64,000 bases of DNA from an uncultured Verrucomicrobiae bacterium (GCA_963772365.1 CAVYXA010000003.1:128001-192000), one strand, 5' to 3'; counted from the stretch's first letter, positions 29,110 through 39,136 are shown. Translations and numbers: made by a program. Notes: generated by a model from the sequence alone, not told the origin.

Positions 29110-29636
29110 ATGAGGCGGCAAATTCTCTCGGGCGCTGATGTTCGGCCTGGCAGCCGGAGCATTGAGTCTAACCAGCTGTTCCACGGTGGAGAGCCGGATC
29201 TCGGATCATCCGGAAATTTACAATTCACTTTCGCCCAACGATCAGGCGCTGATCCGGGAGGGGAGAATTCGTTCGGGAATGTCGATGAACGCGGCCTGGC
29301 TGGCCTGGGGTTCGCCCGAGCAAAAAGTGGTTGGAAACATGCGCGGCCGCGAGACTGAGACTTGGGTTTACATCACGTACAGGACTGCCTACCCCTACGG
29401 GTATCCTTATGGCTATCCTTATGGCCCTTATTACGGATTTGGATTTACCAGCTTCCACCATGGCGGTTCCTTCCACAGCCATGGCCATAACAGATTTGTT
29501 TTCTTCGGCGATGCGTTCTACGATCCGTTCTATTATTCGTACTTTCCCCCGAGCATTCCTGTTCCGTATAAGACGGTCACGTTCGCAAATCGTCGGGTGA
29601 TGTCATTCCAATATCTGGTCGGACCGGTACCGCTGA
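29110..29636 (+). CDS. putative lipoprotein with Tyr/Gly/Pro-rich region (ends inferred across indels)
   Basis: LSLTSC lipobox, GMSMNAAWLAWGSP, ETWVY, YPYGYPYGYPYG. Confidence 0.55.
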
Positions 29637-29679
29637 TCGGCGTTGACTTGCCCGCGAGCAGAGCCAATCTGCACCTGAG

Positions 29680-31188
29680 ATGGCTTACCGCTCCTATCGC
29701 GATTTTCTTCAGGCGCTGGAAACAGCCGGCGAACTGACGCGCGTCTCGGTCCCAGTCGATACCAATTTGCTCATTGCCGAATGGGCCGATCGAGAGATGA
29801 AATCGCCCGGTGGCGGCAAAGCGTTGCTTTTCGAGCAACCGCTTGTCGATGGAAGGAAATCGCAGTTCCCGGGGGCGATTAATACCATGGGTTCGCGCCG
29901 GCGGATGGCGCTGGCCTTACAGGTCGCGGACGTCGAAGAGTGGCGCGGGAAATTCAGCTCATCCTCAAAGCCAAGCCGCCCACTGATCTGCGTGAAGGAT
30001 GGAGCTCTGCTCAAGCAAGGAATTCATTTGCTGCACGCGCGGCCGAAACAAGTGAAGGAAGCGGCCTGTCACGAAGTCGTGCACAAGATCGACCCGCCTT
30101 CGCAAGGCTGCGGCGCGGCAGGCAATGGCGATGGATTTTCATTGTCGGATCTGCCGATCTTGAAATGCTGGCCCAAAGATGGCGGGCGATTCATCACCCT
30201 CCCCTGCGTGCATACTCGCGATCCGGAGACCGGCGCGCGCAACGTCGGGGTTTATCGAATGCAGGTTTATGACGAGCGCACTACCGGCATGCACTGGCAG
30301 ATTCACAAGGTCGGCGCGCGGCATGGGAAACGTTATTATGAAAGGCGCGAACGGATGCCGGTGGCGGTGACCCTCGGGGGCGATCCAGTTTACACCTTTG
30401 CCGCCACCGCGCCGTTGCCAGACGGTCTGGACGAAATTTTGTTCGCCGGTTTTCTGCGGAAGAAATCGGTCGAGCTAGTCCGTTGCAAGACCATCGATGT
30501 CGATGTTCCGGCGGATGTCGATTTTGTCCTGGAAGGTTATGTGCAGCCTGGCGAGATGCGACCGGAGGGACCATTCGGCGATCATACTGGGTTTTATACC
30601 GCGGTCGAGGATTACCCAGTCTTTCATCTGACCGCGATCACGCATCGCAAGGATGCGATTTACCCGACCACGATCGTGGGCAAGCCGCCGATGGAAGACT
30701 TTTATCTCGGCGATACGACGGTGCGGCTTTTTCTGCCGGTGTTCAAAATGAACTTTCCAGAGATCGTCGATATGACGTTGCCGCCCGAAGGCGTGTTTCA
30801 TAATCTGGTGTTTGTCAGCATTCGAAAACAGTATCCGTATCAGGCGTTCAAAGTGATGCACGGCCTCTGGGGCATGGGCCAGATGATGTTCAGCAAATAC
30901 ATCGTGGTGGTGGATGAAGATTGCGACGTGCATAACACCAGCGAAGTGCTGTTTCGTTTGTGCGCCAACACCGATCCGGCCCGCGATTCAACCGTGATCA
31001 AAAACCCGAGCGACTCGCTCGATCACGCGCCAACGGAACAGAACATCGGTTCGCACATGGGATTTGATGCCACCCGAAAATTACCGGGCGAAGGCTACCG
31101 TCGCCCATGGCCGGAGTTGCTGAAGATGACGGACGAAGCGCAGAAGCTCGTGGATGAGCTGCAACGAAAGTCAGGCATCTCTACCTGA
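29680..31188 (+). CDS. ubiD: UbiD-family decarboxylase (probably menaquinone/futalosine pathway)
   Basis: WPKDGGRFIT, NVGVYRMQ, EGPFGDHTGFY, VVVDED, DSLDHA, FDAT.K; compensating indels near 29940-30003. Confidence 0.88.
   Translation: MAYRSYRDFLQALETAGELTRVSVPVDTNLLIAEWADREMKSPGGGKALLFEQPLVDGRKSQFPGAINTMGSRRRMALALQVADVEEWRGKFSSSSKPSRPLICVKDGALLKQGIHLLHARPKQVKEAACHEVVHKIDPPSQGCGAAGNGDGFSLSDLPILKCWPKDGGRFITLPCVHTRDPETGARNVGVYRMQVYDERTTGMHWQIHKVGARHGKRYYERRERMPVAVTLGGDPVYTFAATAPLPDGLDEILFAGFLRKKSVELVRCKTIDVDVPADVDFVLEGYVQPGEMRPEGPFGDHTGFYTAVEDYPVFHLTAITHRKDAIYPTTIVGKPPMEDFYLGDTTVRLFLPVFKMNFPEIVDMTLPPEGVFHNLVFVSIRKQYPYQAFKVMHGLWGMGQMMFSKYIVVVDEDCDVHNTSEVLFRLCANTDPARDSTVIKNPSDSLDHAPTEQNIGSHMGFDATRKLPGEGYRRPWPELLKMTDEAQKLVDELQRKSGIST
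30094..30123 (+). repeat. 30-nt micro-element B, in frame in ubiD
   Basis: gatcgac|ccgccttcgcaaggctgcggcgcggcaggc|aat encodes PPSQGCGAAG. Confidence 0.8.
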
Positions 31189-31292
31189 TTCGCCCGTCGC
31201 GGTTTGACCTGCCGATTAATGCCGATTAAGGGAGGCAACCTTATACTGGCGGCTAATTAGGCCGATTGGCCAAAAGCAAGCCTCGGCTGCTT

Positions 31293-31312
31293 TTTCGTCG
31301 GAGTTGTTTACA
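31293..31312 (+). promoter_or_regulatory. putative enhancer (bEBP site) for the PEP-CTERM gene
   Basis: tttcgtcggagttgtttaca matches ttttgtcggtgcattttaca upstream of the second PEP-CTERM gene. Confidence 0.6.
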
Positions 31313-31413
31313 CAAATCTTCATGCCGCGGGAGAACTGCCTGGCCATTTTTCTAAACATAAACCTTTGATAATCACGATACTTACACAGAGAATATACGA
31401 ACCACGGATCACG

Positions 31414-31430
31414 GTGGTACCTGTTATGCT
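31414..31430 (+). promoter_or_regulatory. sigma-54 -24/-12 promoter
   Basis: GTGGTACCTGTTATGCT (GG-N10-GC), 13 nt before ATG 31444. Confidence 0.65.
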
Positions 31431-31443
31431 AACAACATCAGCT

Positions 31444-32130
31444 ATGAAAAAATCACATGTTCTGTCGCACCAAAAGATGCATGGGTTGTCGTTAACGGTC
31501 GCAGCGTTGCTACTCCTGGTTGGGAAGACATCCATTGCAGCGACCTTCGACTTCGAGTCGCTGCCAACTTCTTCCGGCGGGGCTCACACCTCATTGATGC
31601 TGACTGATTCCGGGCTCACCATGACCTTGACGCGAAATGGCGGTACCGCTTTCGATATCTTCGATCTGAGCCCATTTGCCGGTCCGCCGTCGTTTGGCAT
31701 GCGCACACTCGATCCATTCCAGGCAGGGGAGTTCGGGCCTGGGCACGAGTTCGTCGCCGACTTCTCTTCCGCGGTCAGTTCTGTCGGAATTAACTTCGGG
31801 GATTACGATGCCGATGACGATACATTCGAAATGAGGGCTTACTCGGGAGCAGGTGGCACCGGCATGCTGCTGGACACTTTTACTCTGTTCTGGCCGGCGA
31901 CGAACACGTTCCCCGGTGACGTCGGATTTGGATCGGTTTCCGGGGCCGGGATTATGAGCGTAGTTTTCACCAGCACTGGGACTTTCAACAACAGTTTTTA
32001 CTACGATAACATTATCACCACTCCCATGGGTGTGCCGGAGGGAGGCGCAACCGCCATTCTTCTCGGACTCAGCTTTGCTGGTTTCGCTCTGTTCCAGCGA
32101 TTTCTGCGTAGCCGCGGGCTGGCGTGCTAA
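31444..32130 (+). CDS. PEP-CTERM/VPDSG-type exosortase-target surface protein
   Basis: Signal peptide; C-terminal VPEGGAT, TM helix and basic tail QRFLRSR. Confidence 0.8.
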   Translation: MKKSHVLSHQKMHGLSLTVAALLLLVGKTSIAATFDFESLPTSSGGAHTSLMLTDSGLTMTLTRNGGTAFDIFDLSPFAGPPSFGMRTLDPFQAGEFGPGHEFVADFSSAVSSVGINFGDYDADDDTFEMRAYSGAGGTGMLLDTFTLFWPATNTFPGDVGFGSVSGAGIMSVVFTSTGTFNNSFYYDNIITTPMGVPEGGATAILLGLSFAGFALFQRFLRSRGLAC

Positions 32131-32268
32131 ATCTCCCTTAGTTGTTAGAAACAGTCGGGGCCGCCTGCCTGCCGGCCCCGAGGCAACAGCGAGAAATTAC
32201 AGGCCAAATCTGGCAGCCTAAGTCATCGCAGTTTTCGGAAGCTTCCTCGTTAGGATTCGGACATTCCT

Positions 32269-32658
32269 TTACGGTCTGCGGAATAATTGCCCGGTATCGA
32301 CATCGCGGGTTAATCCGCCGTGCGGAACGCCGCGAAGATCGTAAACTCTGCCAGTGTATGGGCTGTAATAGAAGCCTCGCCTTCCGGCATATCGCCCTAA
32401 GGGAAAACCGCCCGGAGGCGGAGGACCATATCGAGCAGCCTGATCGGCTTCGATCGCCGATCCGATTAATGCGCCAGTGGCTGCACCGATCGCTGCGCCT
32501 ACTGCTGCCCCTCGCACTCTTCCGGTCGCCGCTCCGCCAATGATTGCGCCCGCTGCTGCTCCATAACCTGCTCCCTGTCCAGTGGGCGTGTCACACGAGT
32601 TCAAACTCAACGCCAGGAGCGCGGCTGACGATACGATTCCGAAATACAATTTTCTCAT
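32269..32658 (-). CDS. glycine-zipper lipoprotein
   Basis: LSLNSC lipobox; GAGYGAAAGAIIGG...GAAIGAATGALIG. Confidence 0.75.
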   Translation of the reverse strand: MRKLYFGIVSSAALLALSLNSCDTPTGQGAGYGAAAGAIIGGAATGRVRGAAVGAAIGAATGALIGSAIEADQAARYGPPPPGGFPLGRYAGRRGFYYSPYTGRVYDLRGVPHGGLTRDVDTGQLFRRP

Positions 32659-32718
32659 AGCTCGATCCTTGTTAAAGCTTCGCAACGTAAACGTGAGACG
32701 GATGCCTGTCCCGCAAAT

Positions 32719-33540
32719 TCAGATTGATTTCAGTAGCTGCCCCGCAATGCGAAAAACTTTCTCTACTTTGCTCAAGCGATATTCCTTTTCGAAAACGCGG
32801 AATCGATCGTGTTCCATTTTGCGCAACAGGCCGCGATAAACCGAGCTCATGATCTCGGCTGCGACCATCGATTTACGATCTTCCAGAGGAAGCAAATCCT
32901 TTGCGCGCGAAAAAAATTGCCGGGTCCGCTCCGCCTCGAAACCCATCAGCTTCACGAACTGCGCGTTGTATTGTCGATCTTGTAATTGCGATTCGGAATA
33001 ATCGAATCGCCGCAAATCTTCCAGCGGCAGGTAAATCCGGCCATTTCGCAAATCCTTGTCCACATCGCGGATGATGTTGGTCATTTGCAGGGCCAGACCG
33101 AGCTGGACCGCGTATTGTTTACAGGCCGGATTTCGATAACCGAAAATTTCGATGGAAACGAGCCCGACTGCGCTGGCCACGCGATAGCAATAGACGCGCA
33201 GCTCCTCGAACGTCGCGTATCGCGAAGTGTGCAAATCCATTTCCACTCCTGCGATGATTTCCTCGAGCATTTCCGGGCGAAGCGAATACTTGTGGATCAG
33301 TCCTCGGACATCGGCGGCCAAGGAAGTCTCGTTGGGCATCGCGTTTCTCAACATCTGCCGCCAGGCCGTGAGTCGAGTTTGTTTCTCACCGAGATCCAGC
33401 TCGGGCGAATCCGCGATATCGTCGATTACCCGGCAGAACGCGTAGAAGACGGTGATGTCGCGTTTGCGCTCGCCATCCAACGAAACAAATGCCAGCGCCA
33501 GGTTCGATTTACTTTGTCGAGTAATTTTCGCCGCGTTCAC
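32719..33540 (-). CDS. hpnD: squalene/phytoene synthase family (HpnD-like)
   Basis: YAFCRVIDDIAD, YCYRVASAVG, LGLALQMTNIIRDV..D...GRIYLP; start GTG 33540. Confidence 0.75.
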   Translation of the reverse strand: MNAAKITRQSKSNLALAFVSLDGERKRDITVFYAFCRVIDDIADSPELDLGEKQTRLTAWRQMLRNAMPNETSLAADVRGLIHKYSLRPEMLEEIIAGVEMDLHTSRYATFEELRVYCYRVASAVGLVSIEIFGYRNPACKQYAVQLGLALQMTNIIRDVDKDLRNGRIYLPLEDLRRFDYSESQLQDRQYNAQFVKLMGFEAERTRQFFSRAKDLLPLEDRKSMVAAEIMSSVYRGLLRKMEHDRFRVFEKEYRLSKVEKVFRIAGQLLKSI

Positions 33541-33549
33541 GTTCGTCGT

Positions 33550-33621
33550 TTGTAGCGGCGCTCTGCGAGCGTCGCAAACTTGTTCTGGAAAGCTGGCGAC
33601 GGTCACAGACCGCCGCTACAA
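33550..33621. repeat. GTAGCGGCG REP doublet
   Basis: ttgtagcggcgctctgcgagcgtcgc ... gcgacggtcacagaccgccgctacaa. Confidence 0.85.
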
Positions 33622-33628
33622 GAAAAGA

Positions 33629-34807
33629 TCAATATTGAATCCAGCTCTCCTGATGAATCCGCCCGCTTTCACATTGGCGGAAAAGACAGACCCATGATGC
33701 CAGAAGCCAGGCTGTGATAAATCCACGGAGGCCAATGAGCAGGCATTTCCACAAGAAAAGCGCCATCAGCCGGTCGGCAATGGCTCCGCGCGTGATCGAG
33801 TCGAAGACCGCGATGAAGAAAAAATGGACTGCGCAGATTATGAGAAACCAAAACAAGCGGCTGAAATTCTGTTTGGCAAATTGCCAATGTGCCCGGATCG
33901 CCGCCCCGAGACTTTCGTTATGCAGAGCCAACGAGATCTGGACAGAGCAAAACAGAATAATCAATCCGCTCATGAACCAGCGCTCAGCCGGCAGATAATC
34001 CAGCACATTCGGCACGTTCATGAAGTAGGCCAGCAATAGCGGCAATCGGATCAACAGCGTGCTGATCACTATGATGATCCCCGCCCATTCCAGAACATAA
34101 CTAAATCGCCGCATGGCAAACCGGAGCAACGCGCCTTCTTCGAAGCCGAGCCCTTTCACCCAAGCCAGGCAAACCGTGATCAAATAGACCTGAACGTAAA
34201 CCCCAAAGAGATATTCGAAGATGAACGCGATAGCATCGACAGTGGCGGAGATTTGGAGCAGTTGAGGAGCTACTCCCGACAATCCCCAGGCTGGCAATCG
34301 CCAGAACACGATCGGTTTCAAAAGCGAGGCCAGCGCGCCGATCAGGAGGATCAAGTAGATCAAATAGCTCCAGAACCGATAGCGCTTGCGTAGCGCCTCA
34401 AATAACATCCCGTGCAGGCCGCGCCAGTTCGCAAACAGGAGCAGGGCGGCAATGATCGAAAGCGGGTAGGTAGTCGTCGCGTTATCGAAGAGACCGGCCA
34501 CGCCTTCCGCAGTCGCCAGAGGCGTTTCTCTCCAGATTTCTGTGAATCGCGGCCAGTGCCACGTGGGCGCTGATATGATTTGGGCCAGATCGAGATCGGC
34601 CGTGTTTTGAATCGGTGTAAACGTGGCGAATTGAAAAACGAAATAGGCGAACCCGAGCACCACAAAAATCAACCAGATCCGTTTGAACCGGCCGACACAG
34701 CGGAAACCGTTGCGGAGCGCGAGCCGCACCGGATTGAACAGCATCAGGAGGAGATAGCCGGCAATCAATCCCAGCAGCGGAAGAAGGCGGGGAGCGCTGT
34801 GCCACAT
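33629..34807 (-). CDS. multi-pass membrane hypothetical protein
   Basis: 392-aa ORF with about 9 hydrophobic segments. Confidence 0.7.
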   Translation of the reverse strand: MWHSAPRLLPLLGLIAGYLLLMLFNPVRLALRNGFRCVGRFKRIWLIFVVLGFAYFVFQFATFTPIQNTADLDLAQIISAPTWHWPRFTEIWRETPLATAEGVAGLFDNATTTYPLSIIAALLLFANWRGLHGMLFEALRKRYRFWSYLIYLILLIGALASLLKPIVFWRLPAWGLSGVAPQLLQISATVDAIAFIFEYLFGVYVQVYLITVCLAWVKGLGFEEGALLRFAMRRFSYVLEWAGIIIVISTLLIRLPLLLAYFMNVPNVLDYLPAERWFMSGLIILFCSVQISLALHNESLGAAIRAHWQFAKQNFSRLFWFLIICAVHFFFIAVFDSITRGAIADRLMALFLWKCLLIGLRGFITAWLLASWVCLFRQCESGRIHQESWIQY

Positions 34808-34824
34808 TTTTAAGGGACAATCTT

Positions 34825-34880
34825 GGTAGGGCTCGACCGCCGGGCGAGCCGGGCAGGGACGGCCCAGTGGTCCCTCCCTT
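34825..34880. repeat. degenerate GTAG REP doublet
   Basis: ggtagggctcgaccgccgggcgagcc ... ggacggcccagtggtccctccct. Confidence 0.5.
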
Positions 34881-34898
34881 GCATTCGTGAAATTGCTT

Positions 34899-36091
34899 CT
34901 ATCGAATCAGTCCCCAATGTCGATTGAACGGCCAGTAAACTACGAAGCCCTGCCCGACCAAATCATCTTCCGGGACGGTCCCCCAATATCGGCTGTCCAG
35001 ACTGTTGTAGCTGTTGTCGCCCAAAGCGAAATACGCATGCCACGGCACCGTGATATGTACTGTTGGGTGCGCCCAGATATACAGCGCCCAAACCATATCC
35101 GCGATAGCCATCCTTCGCCGCCATCACTCGTTGGAATCCGTACTCTTCCGCCAGATGTCCGTTAACAAAAAATTTAGGCGGATCGATGCGCAGCGTGTCG
35201 CCAGGCAAGCCGGCCAGCCGCTTAATGTAAAACGGCTGTCCCATATCGGGATCGCCGGGGATGCCCGGAATATTGTTGGTTCGGAAACACGAAGACGTCG
35301 TCCGCGATGCGGCTTGATAAAATTATAGGAGAACTTATCCACAAAAACCTGGTCGCCCGTGTCCACCGCGCCGCGGGCGATCACTTCGCCGCGTTTGTAA
35401 CGCATATTCGGCACGACCTTGAAATCTCCCCGCAACTGATCCGGCGGACAGTAAACCAAAAAGCTTTGATGCCGGCAGATCACGCGGGAAAAGGTGAAAA
35501 AGAACAAGAACTTCCTCGGCTCGACCTGCATCACTTCGTCGTCCTGCTGCGATACGACATTGATGTAGTCCGGCCGAGCATGACGTACTCGATCGCCTGC
35601 TTTAGAAAATTGGGTTTGACCTCCTTTTGTGCATATCCCTCGAAGGCTTTGAAGAACCACGCTCCATTTCGAAATTCGTAAAGGTGCTTTCGATCCGGGG
35701 GGATGGCCGCTTCGTAAGGATAGGAATATGGATAGGCGATAATCCCGTTGAGCGTTGGTTGCATCGAGCCGGTCGGGATTTTGAATGGCTGCAAAAAATA
35801 GGAGCGAATTCCGATCGCTACCACAATCGCCACAAAAACGACTTCGACATTTTCGCGCCAATGCGATTCCCACGTCACCGGCGCGAGCTTATGCATTCGC
35901 GCGTCGAGCGTTTCCGCCGCGGCCCGGATCCTTTCGTGATCGCGGGTGCGCAGGGCCTTGCGCAACTTGTCGATCTCGCCCGCCAGTTCTTCCCGGGCGG
36001 AACTGCTCAAAAGATCGCTTTTGTAACGCAAAAATTTTTGCGCGTGTCGGAGAAGCAGTTTGCTGTGTTTGACGTATTGCGGTGTAAACAT
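34899..36091 (-). CDS. lepB: signal peptidase I (several frameshifts)
   Basis: PFKIPTGSMQPTL, GDQVFVDK, YIKRLAGLPGD, GDNSYNSLDSRYWG; follows lepA. Confidence 0.88.
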
Positions 36092-36107
36092 GTCGATCTA
36101 AAATTTC

Positions 36108-36220
36108 TTACTCTTGCTCCTGATCCTGATCGAAAAAAAGCGATCATGAGCATGAGCAGGATCATGAGCATGAGTAGGAGAAAAAAGAGTCATTCCGATG
36201 TAACGATGTAACGCTTCAAC
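36108..36220. repeat. short tandem repeats (hexamer GAGCAT-type in inverted arrangement, plus ATGTAACG x2)
   Basis: ttactcttgctcctgatcctgatcg ... cgatcatgagcatgagcaggatcatgagcatgag; atgtaacgatgtaacg. Confidence 0.55.
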
Positions 36221-36233
36221 TAATTACGGACCT

Positions 36234-38030
36234 TCATTGCGCTTTGAGCACTTCAATAAAAGCTTCCTGCGGAATGTTGATTTTCCCAATGCTCTTCATC
36301 CGTTTCTTTCCTTCTTTCTGTTTCTCCAGCAACTTTCGTTTGCGGGTGATATCGCCGCCGTAGCATTTCGCGGTCACATTTTTTCGCAAGGCCGAAACGC
36401 TCTCCCGCGCAATTATTTTCCCCCCGATCGCCGCCTGGATTGCGACTTGGTAAAGCTGCCGCGGAATGACTTCCTTCAATTTCGCCGCCAACTGGCGGCC
36501 GCGCGCTTCGGCCCGATCCTTGTGCACGATAGTTGAAAACGCATCCACCGGTTCGCCATTCACCAGCAAATCGAGTTTGACCAGCTTCGCCGCCCGATAG
36601 CCGGAGTGTTCATAATCCATCGAGCCGTAACCGCGGGTGATCGATTTAATCTTGTCATTGAAATCGACCAAAATTTCGTTCAGCGGCAGCTCGCAATGCA
36701 ACATCACCCGGCGCGTGTCGAGCGACTCGGTATGATCCATCTGGCCGCGCTTTTCCAGAATCAATTGCAGGATGTCGCCGATGTTTTCATTCGGGCATAG
36801 CACATACGCTTTCACGATCGGTTCGCGAATCTCGTCAATCTCGCTCGGATTCGGCAGATGCGCCGGATTGTCGATCATCGACGTCTCGCCGCGCGTAGTG
36901 ACTACTTCGTAAACGACGCTTGGGCTGGTCGCGATGATGTCCATGTTGTACTCGCGTCGCAGCCGTTCCTGGATGATCTCCATGTGAAGCAGCCCGAGAA
37001 AACCGCAGCGAAAACCGAAGCCGAGAGCGACAGAACTTTCCGGCGTGTAAACGAACGCCGCATCATTTAGTCGCAATTTGCCGATCGCAGTTTTGAGATG
37101 TTCGAAATCTGCGGTGTTGATCGGGTAAATCCCGCTGAACACCATCGGATGAATTTCCTGGAAACCAGGCAGCGGCTCGGACGCGGGATGACGCTGGTCG
37201 GTGATGGTGTCGCCGATCTTCATGTCAGCGGTCGATTTGATGTTCGCGATGAAATAACCGACATCGCCCGCGCTCAGGCCGGGTTGGACAAACATCTTCG
37301 GAGTAAACACACCCACTTCCTTGATCTCGTAACGCGTGTCATTGCTCATCAACTTGATGGCATGATTCGCTTCCATCGTTCCCGAAACGACGCGGACATA
37401 TCCGACCACGCCGCGATAAACATCGAACACCGAATCGAATACCAGCGCGCGCAATGTTTTGTCGGCCGGTTTTTCCGGCGGCGGAATCCGATGGATGATC
37501 GCTTCCAGAATTTCTTCGATCCCGGTTCCCATTTTCGCGCTGGCACGAATCGCTTCCTCGGATGGAATGGCGAGGATTTCTTCGAGTTGTCGATGCACCG
37601 CGTCCACATCTGCATTGGGCAGATCGATCTTGTTGATCACCGGAATAATGGTGAGTCCCTGTTTGTGGGCGAGATGAACATTAGCCACGGTCTGCGCTTC
37701 GACACCCTGAGCAGCATCGACAACCAGCAGCGCGCCTTCGCATGCCGCCAGACTCCGCGACACTTCATAGGCAAAATCGACATGGCCGGGCGTATCGAGC
37801 AGGTTCAGCCTATATGTTTCGCCCGAATTTGCGCGGTATTTCATCGTGACCGGGTGCGCTTTGATGGTGATCCCGCGCTCGCGCTCGAGGTCCATCGAAT
37901 CGAGCAATTGATCCTGCTTTTCGCGTTCGTGAATCGTCCCAGTCCGCTCGAGTAATCGATCCGACAACGTAGTCTTGCCATGATCGATATGCGCGATGAT
38001 GCAAAAATTGCGCGTCAACTCAATTGCCAT
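36234..38030 (-). CDS. lepA: elongation factor 4
   Basis: RNFCIIAHIDHGKTT, LERERGITIK, DTPGHVDF, GFRCGFLGLLH, KCYGGDITRK. Confidence 0.98.
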   Translation of the reverse strand: MAIELTRNFCIIAHIDHGKTTLSDRLLERTGTIHEREKQDQLLDSMDLERERGITIKAHPVTMKYRANSGETYRLNLLDTPGHVDFAYEVSRSLAACEGALLVVDAAQGVEAQTVANVHLAHKQGLTIIPVINKIDLPNADVDAVHRQLEEILAIPSEEAIRASAKMGTGIEEILEAIIHRIPPPEKPADKTLRALVFDSVFDVYRGVVGYVRVVSGTMEANHAIKLMSNDTRYEIKEVGVFTPKMFVQPGLSAGDVGYFIANIKSTADMKIGDTITDQRHPASEPLPGFQEIHPMVFSGIYPINTADFEHLKTAIGKLRLNDAAFVYTPESSVALGFGFRCGFLGLLHMEIIQERLRREYNMDIIATSPSVVYEVVTTRGETSMIDNPAHLPNPSEIDEIREPIVKAYVLCPNENIGDILQLILEKRGQMDHTESLDTRRVMLHCELPLNEILVDFNDKIKSITRGYGSMDYEHSGYRAAKLVKLDLLVNGEPVDAFSTIVHKDRAEARGRQLAAKLKEVIPRQLYQVAIQAAIGGKIIARESVSALRKNVTAKCYGGDITRKRKLLEKQKEGKKRMKSIGKINIPQEAFIEVLKAQ

Positions 38031-38133
38031 AAGAGCCGCACTATGCGGGCGCGAGGCTAGTGGGTCAATTGTGTGACGGAAGCGAATGGCTAATCATTCC
38101 TGGGAAATAAGCCACAGTGGAGCACGCCGAACG

Positions 38134-38342
38134 TCATCCGCCTGAGATGAACCGCTTGATGATCTTGTCGAATTCGTTGTGCGTGTCGATCCAAAACCAA
38201 TACGCTGTATCAGCGCGAACACGCGCGAGGGCGTGCGCGATCTCGCGCGCAAGACCTACACCAGTTGTGGCCGCCAATCACAATCGAGCGCTGCCACGGA
38301 ACGATACGCCTCCCAAAAATCAGGCGTCGTTGATGACTTCAT
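38134..38342 (-). pseudogene. RelE/ParE-like toxin remnant
   Basis: MKSSTTPDFWEAYRS at the start and ALARVRADTAYWFWIDTHNEFDKII at the end, with a short disrupted middle. Confidence 0.5.
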
Positions 38343-38538
38343 CCAGCGGTTTTATCCGCCCGGCATCGATATCGGCATCGACTTTCTTCAGCCATTCGTC
38401 GAGTTTCCGGACTGCGCGGCTTCTTCTAGCGCGCGATCAAAACGCTCGGCCTCCATTTGATCTACTGCGAGCGACACCTCGCGAAAATCGGCGTCTGAAG
38501 GCACTGATTGCCGCTTTGATTTCCTGCACCGTGCTCAT
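38320..38538 (-). CDS. putative antitoxin (frameshifted)
   Basis: Joined frames MSTVQEIKAAISA..D.DFREV...FDRALEEAAQSGKLDEWLKKVDADIDAGRIKPL; overlaps the toxin start. Confidence 0.5.
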
Positions 38539-38607
38539 TGAGCTTCCATTATAATCATTCGATGCGGTGTCTGCCAATGGAACGGCCCCGAAACACTCTT
38601 TTATGCT

Positions 38608-38631
38608 GACGGCTGACACAGCCGTCCTACA
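38608..38631 (-). repeat. single GTAG REP
   Basis: gacggctg-aca-cagccgtc-ctaca, 2 nt before the FHA gene ATG. Confidence 0.55.
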
Positions 38632-38633
38632 AT

Positions 38634-39134
38634 ATGGAGATTATGCCCAAACTGATCATTGGCGGAACGACGCATGAATTGACGGAACCGTTGATCACGA
38701 TAGGGCGCGCGCCGGACAACACGATCGTGATCGACGATCCGTCGGTCTCGGCGCATCACGCGGAACTGCGATTAGTGGGTGAGGATTATCGGCTGAAGGA
38801 TCTTGGATCGACACACGGCACCCGGATTAATGGTGTTCTCGTCACCGAAACGGTTCTGCGCTTTGACGATCGGGTCCGGTTCGGCGGCGTTGAAGCGCGG
38901 TACGAATCGGACACGCGCGGCTCGCAACCGCTCCCGGCCCCGGAAGAAATCCGGGCCCAACCGGCGGAATCGAGCACGAGCCCGATCGATTTCGCAAACG
39001 CATCACCGTTTCGGAAACACAAGAAAGAGAAAGACCCGATTCGCACCGCCATTCTGGGCGCGGTTCTCGTCGCGTTTCTCGCTTTCCTCGGCAGCATGAT
39101 CGCGGTGCTGCTGATGGCGCCGCCAAGTCCGTGA
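38634..39134 (+). CDS. FHA-domain membrane protein
   Basis: IGRAPDN...SVSAHHA...DLGSTHGTRING; C-terminal TM helix. Confidence 0.88.
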   Translation: MEIMPKLIIGGTTHELTEPLITIGRAPDNTIVIDDPSVSAHHAELRLVGEDYRLKDLGSTHGTRINGVLVTETVLRFDDRVRFGGVEARYESDTRGSQPLPAPEEIRAQPAESSTSPIDFANASPFRKHKKEKDPIRTAILGAVLVAFLAFLGSMIAVLLMAPPSP

Positions 39135-39136
39135 TC

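Noticed and set aside
29390..29437. 12-nt tandem repeat as a DNA element
   Set aside because: It encodes YPYG repeats with synonymous variation, so it is a protein-level low-complexity region.
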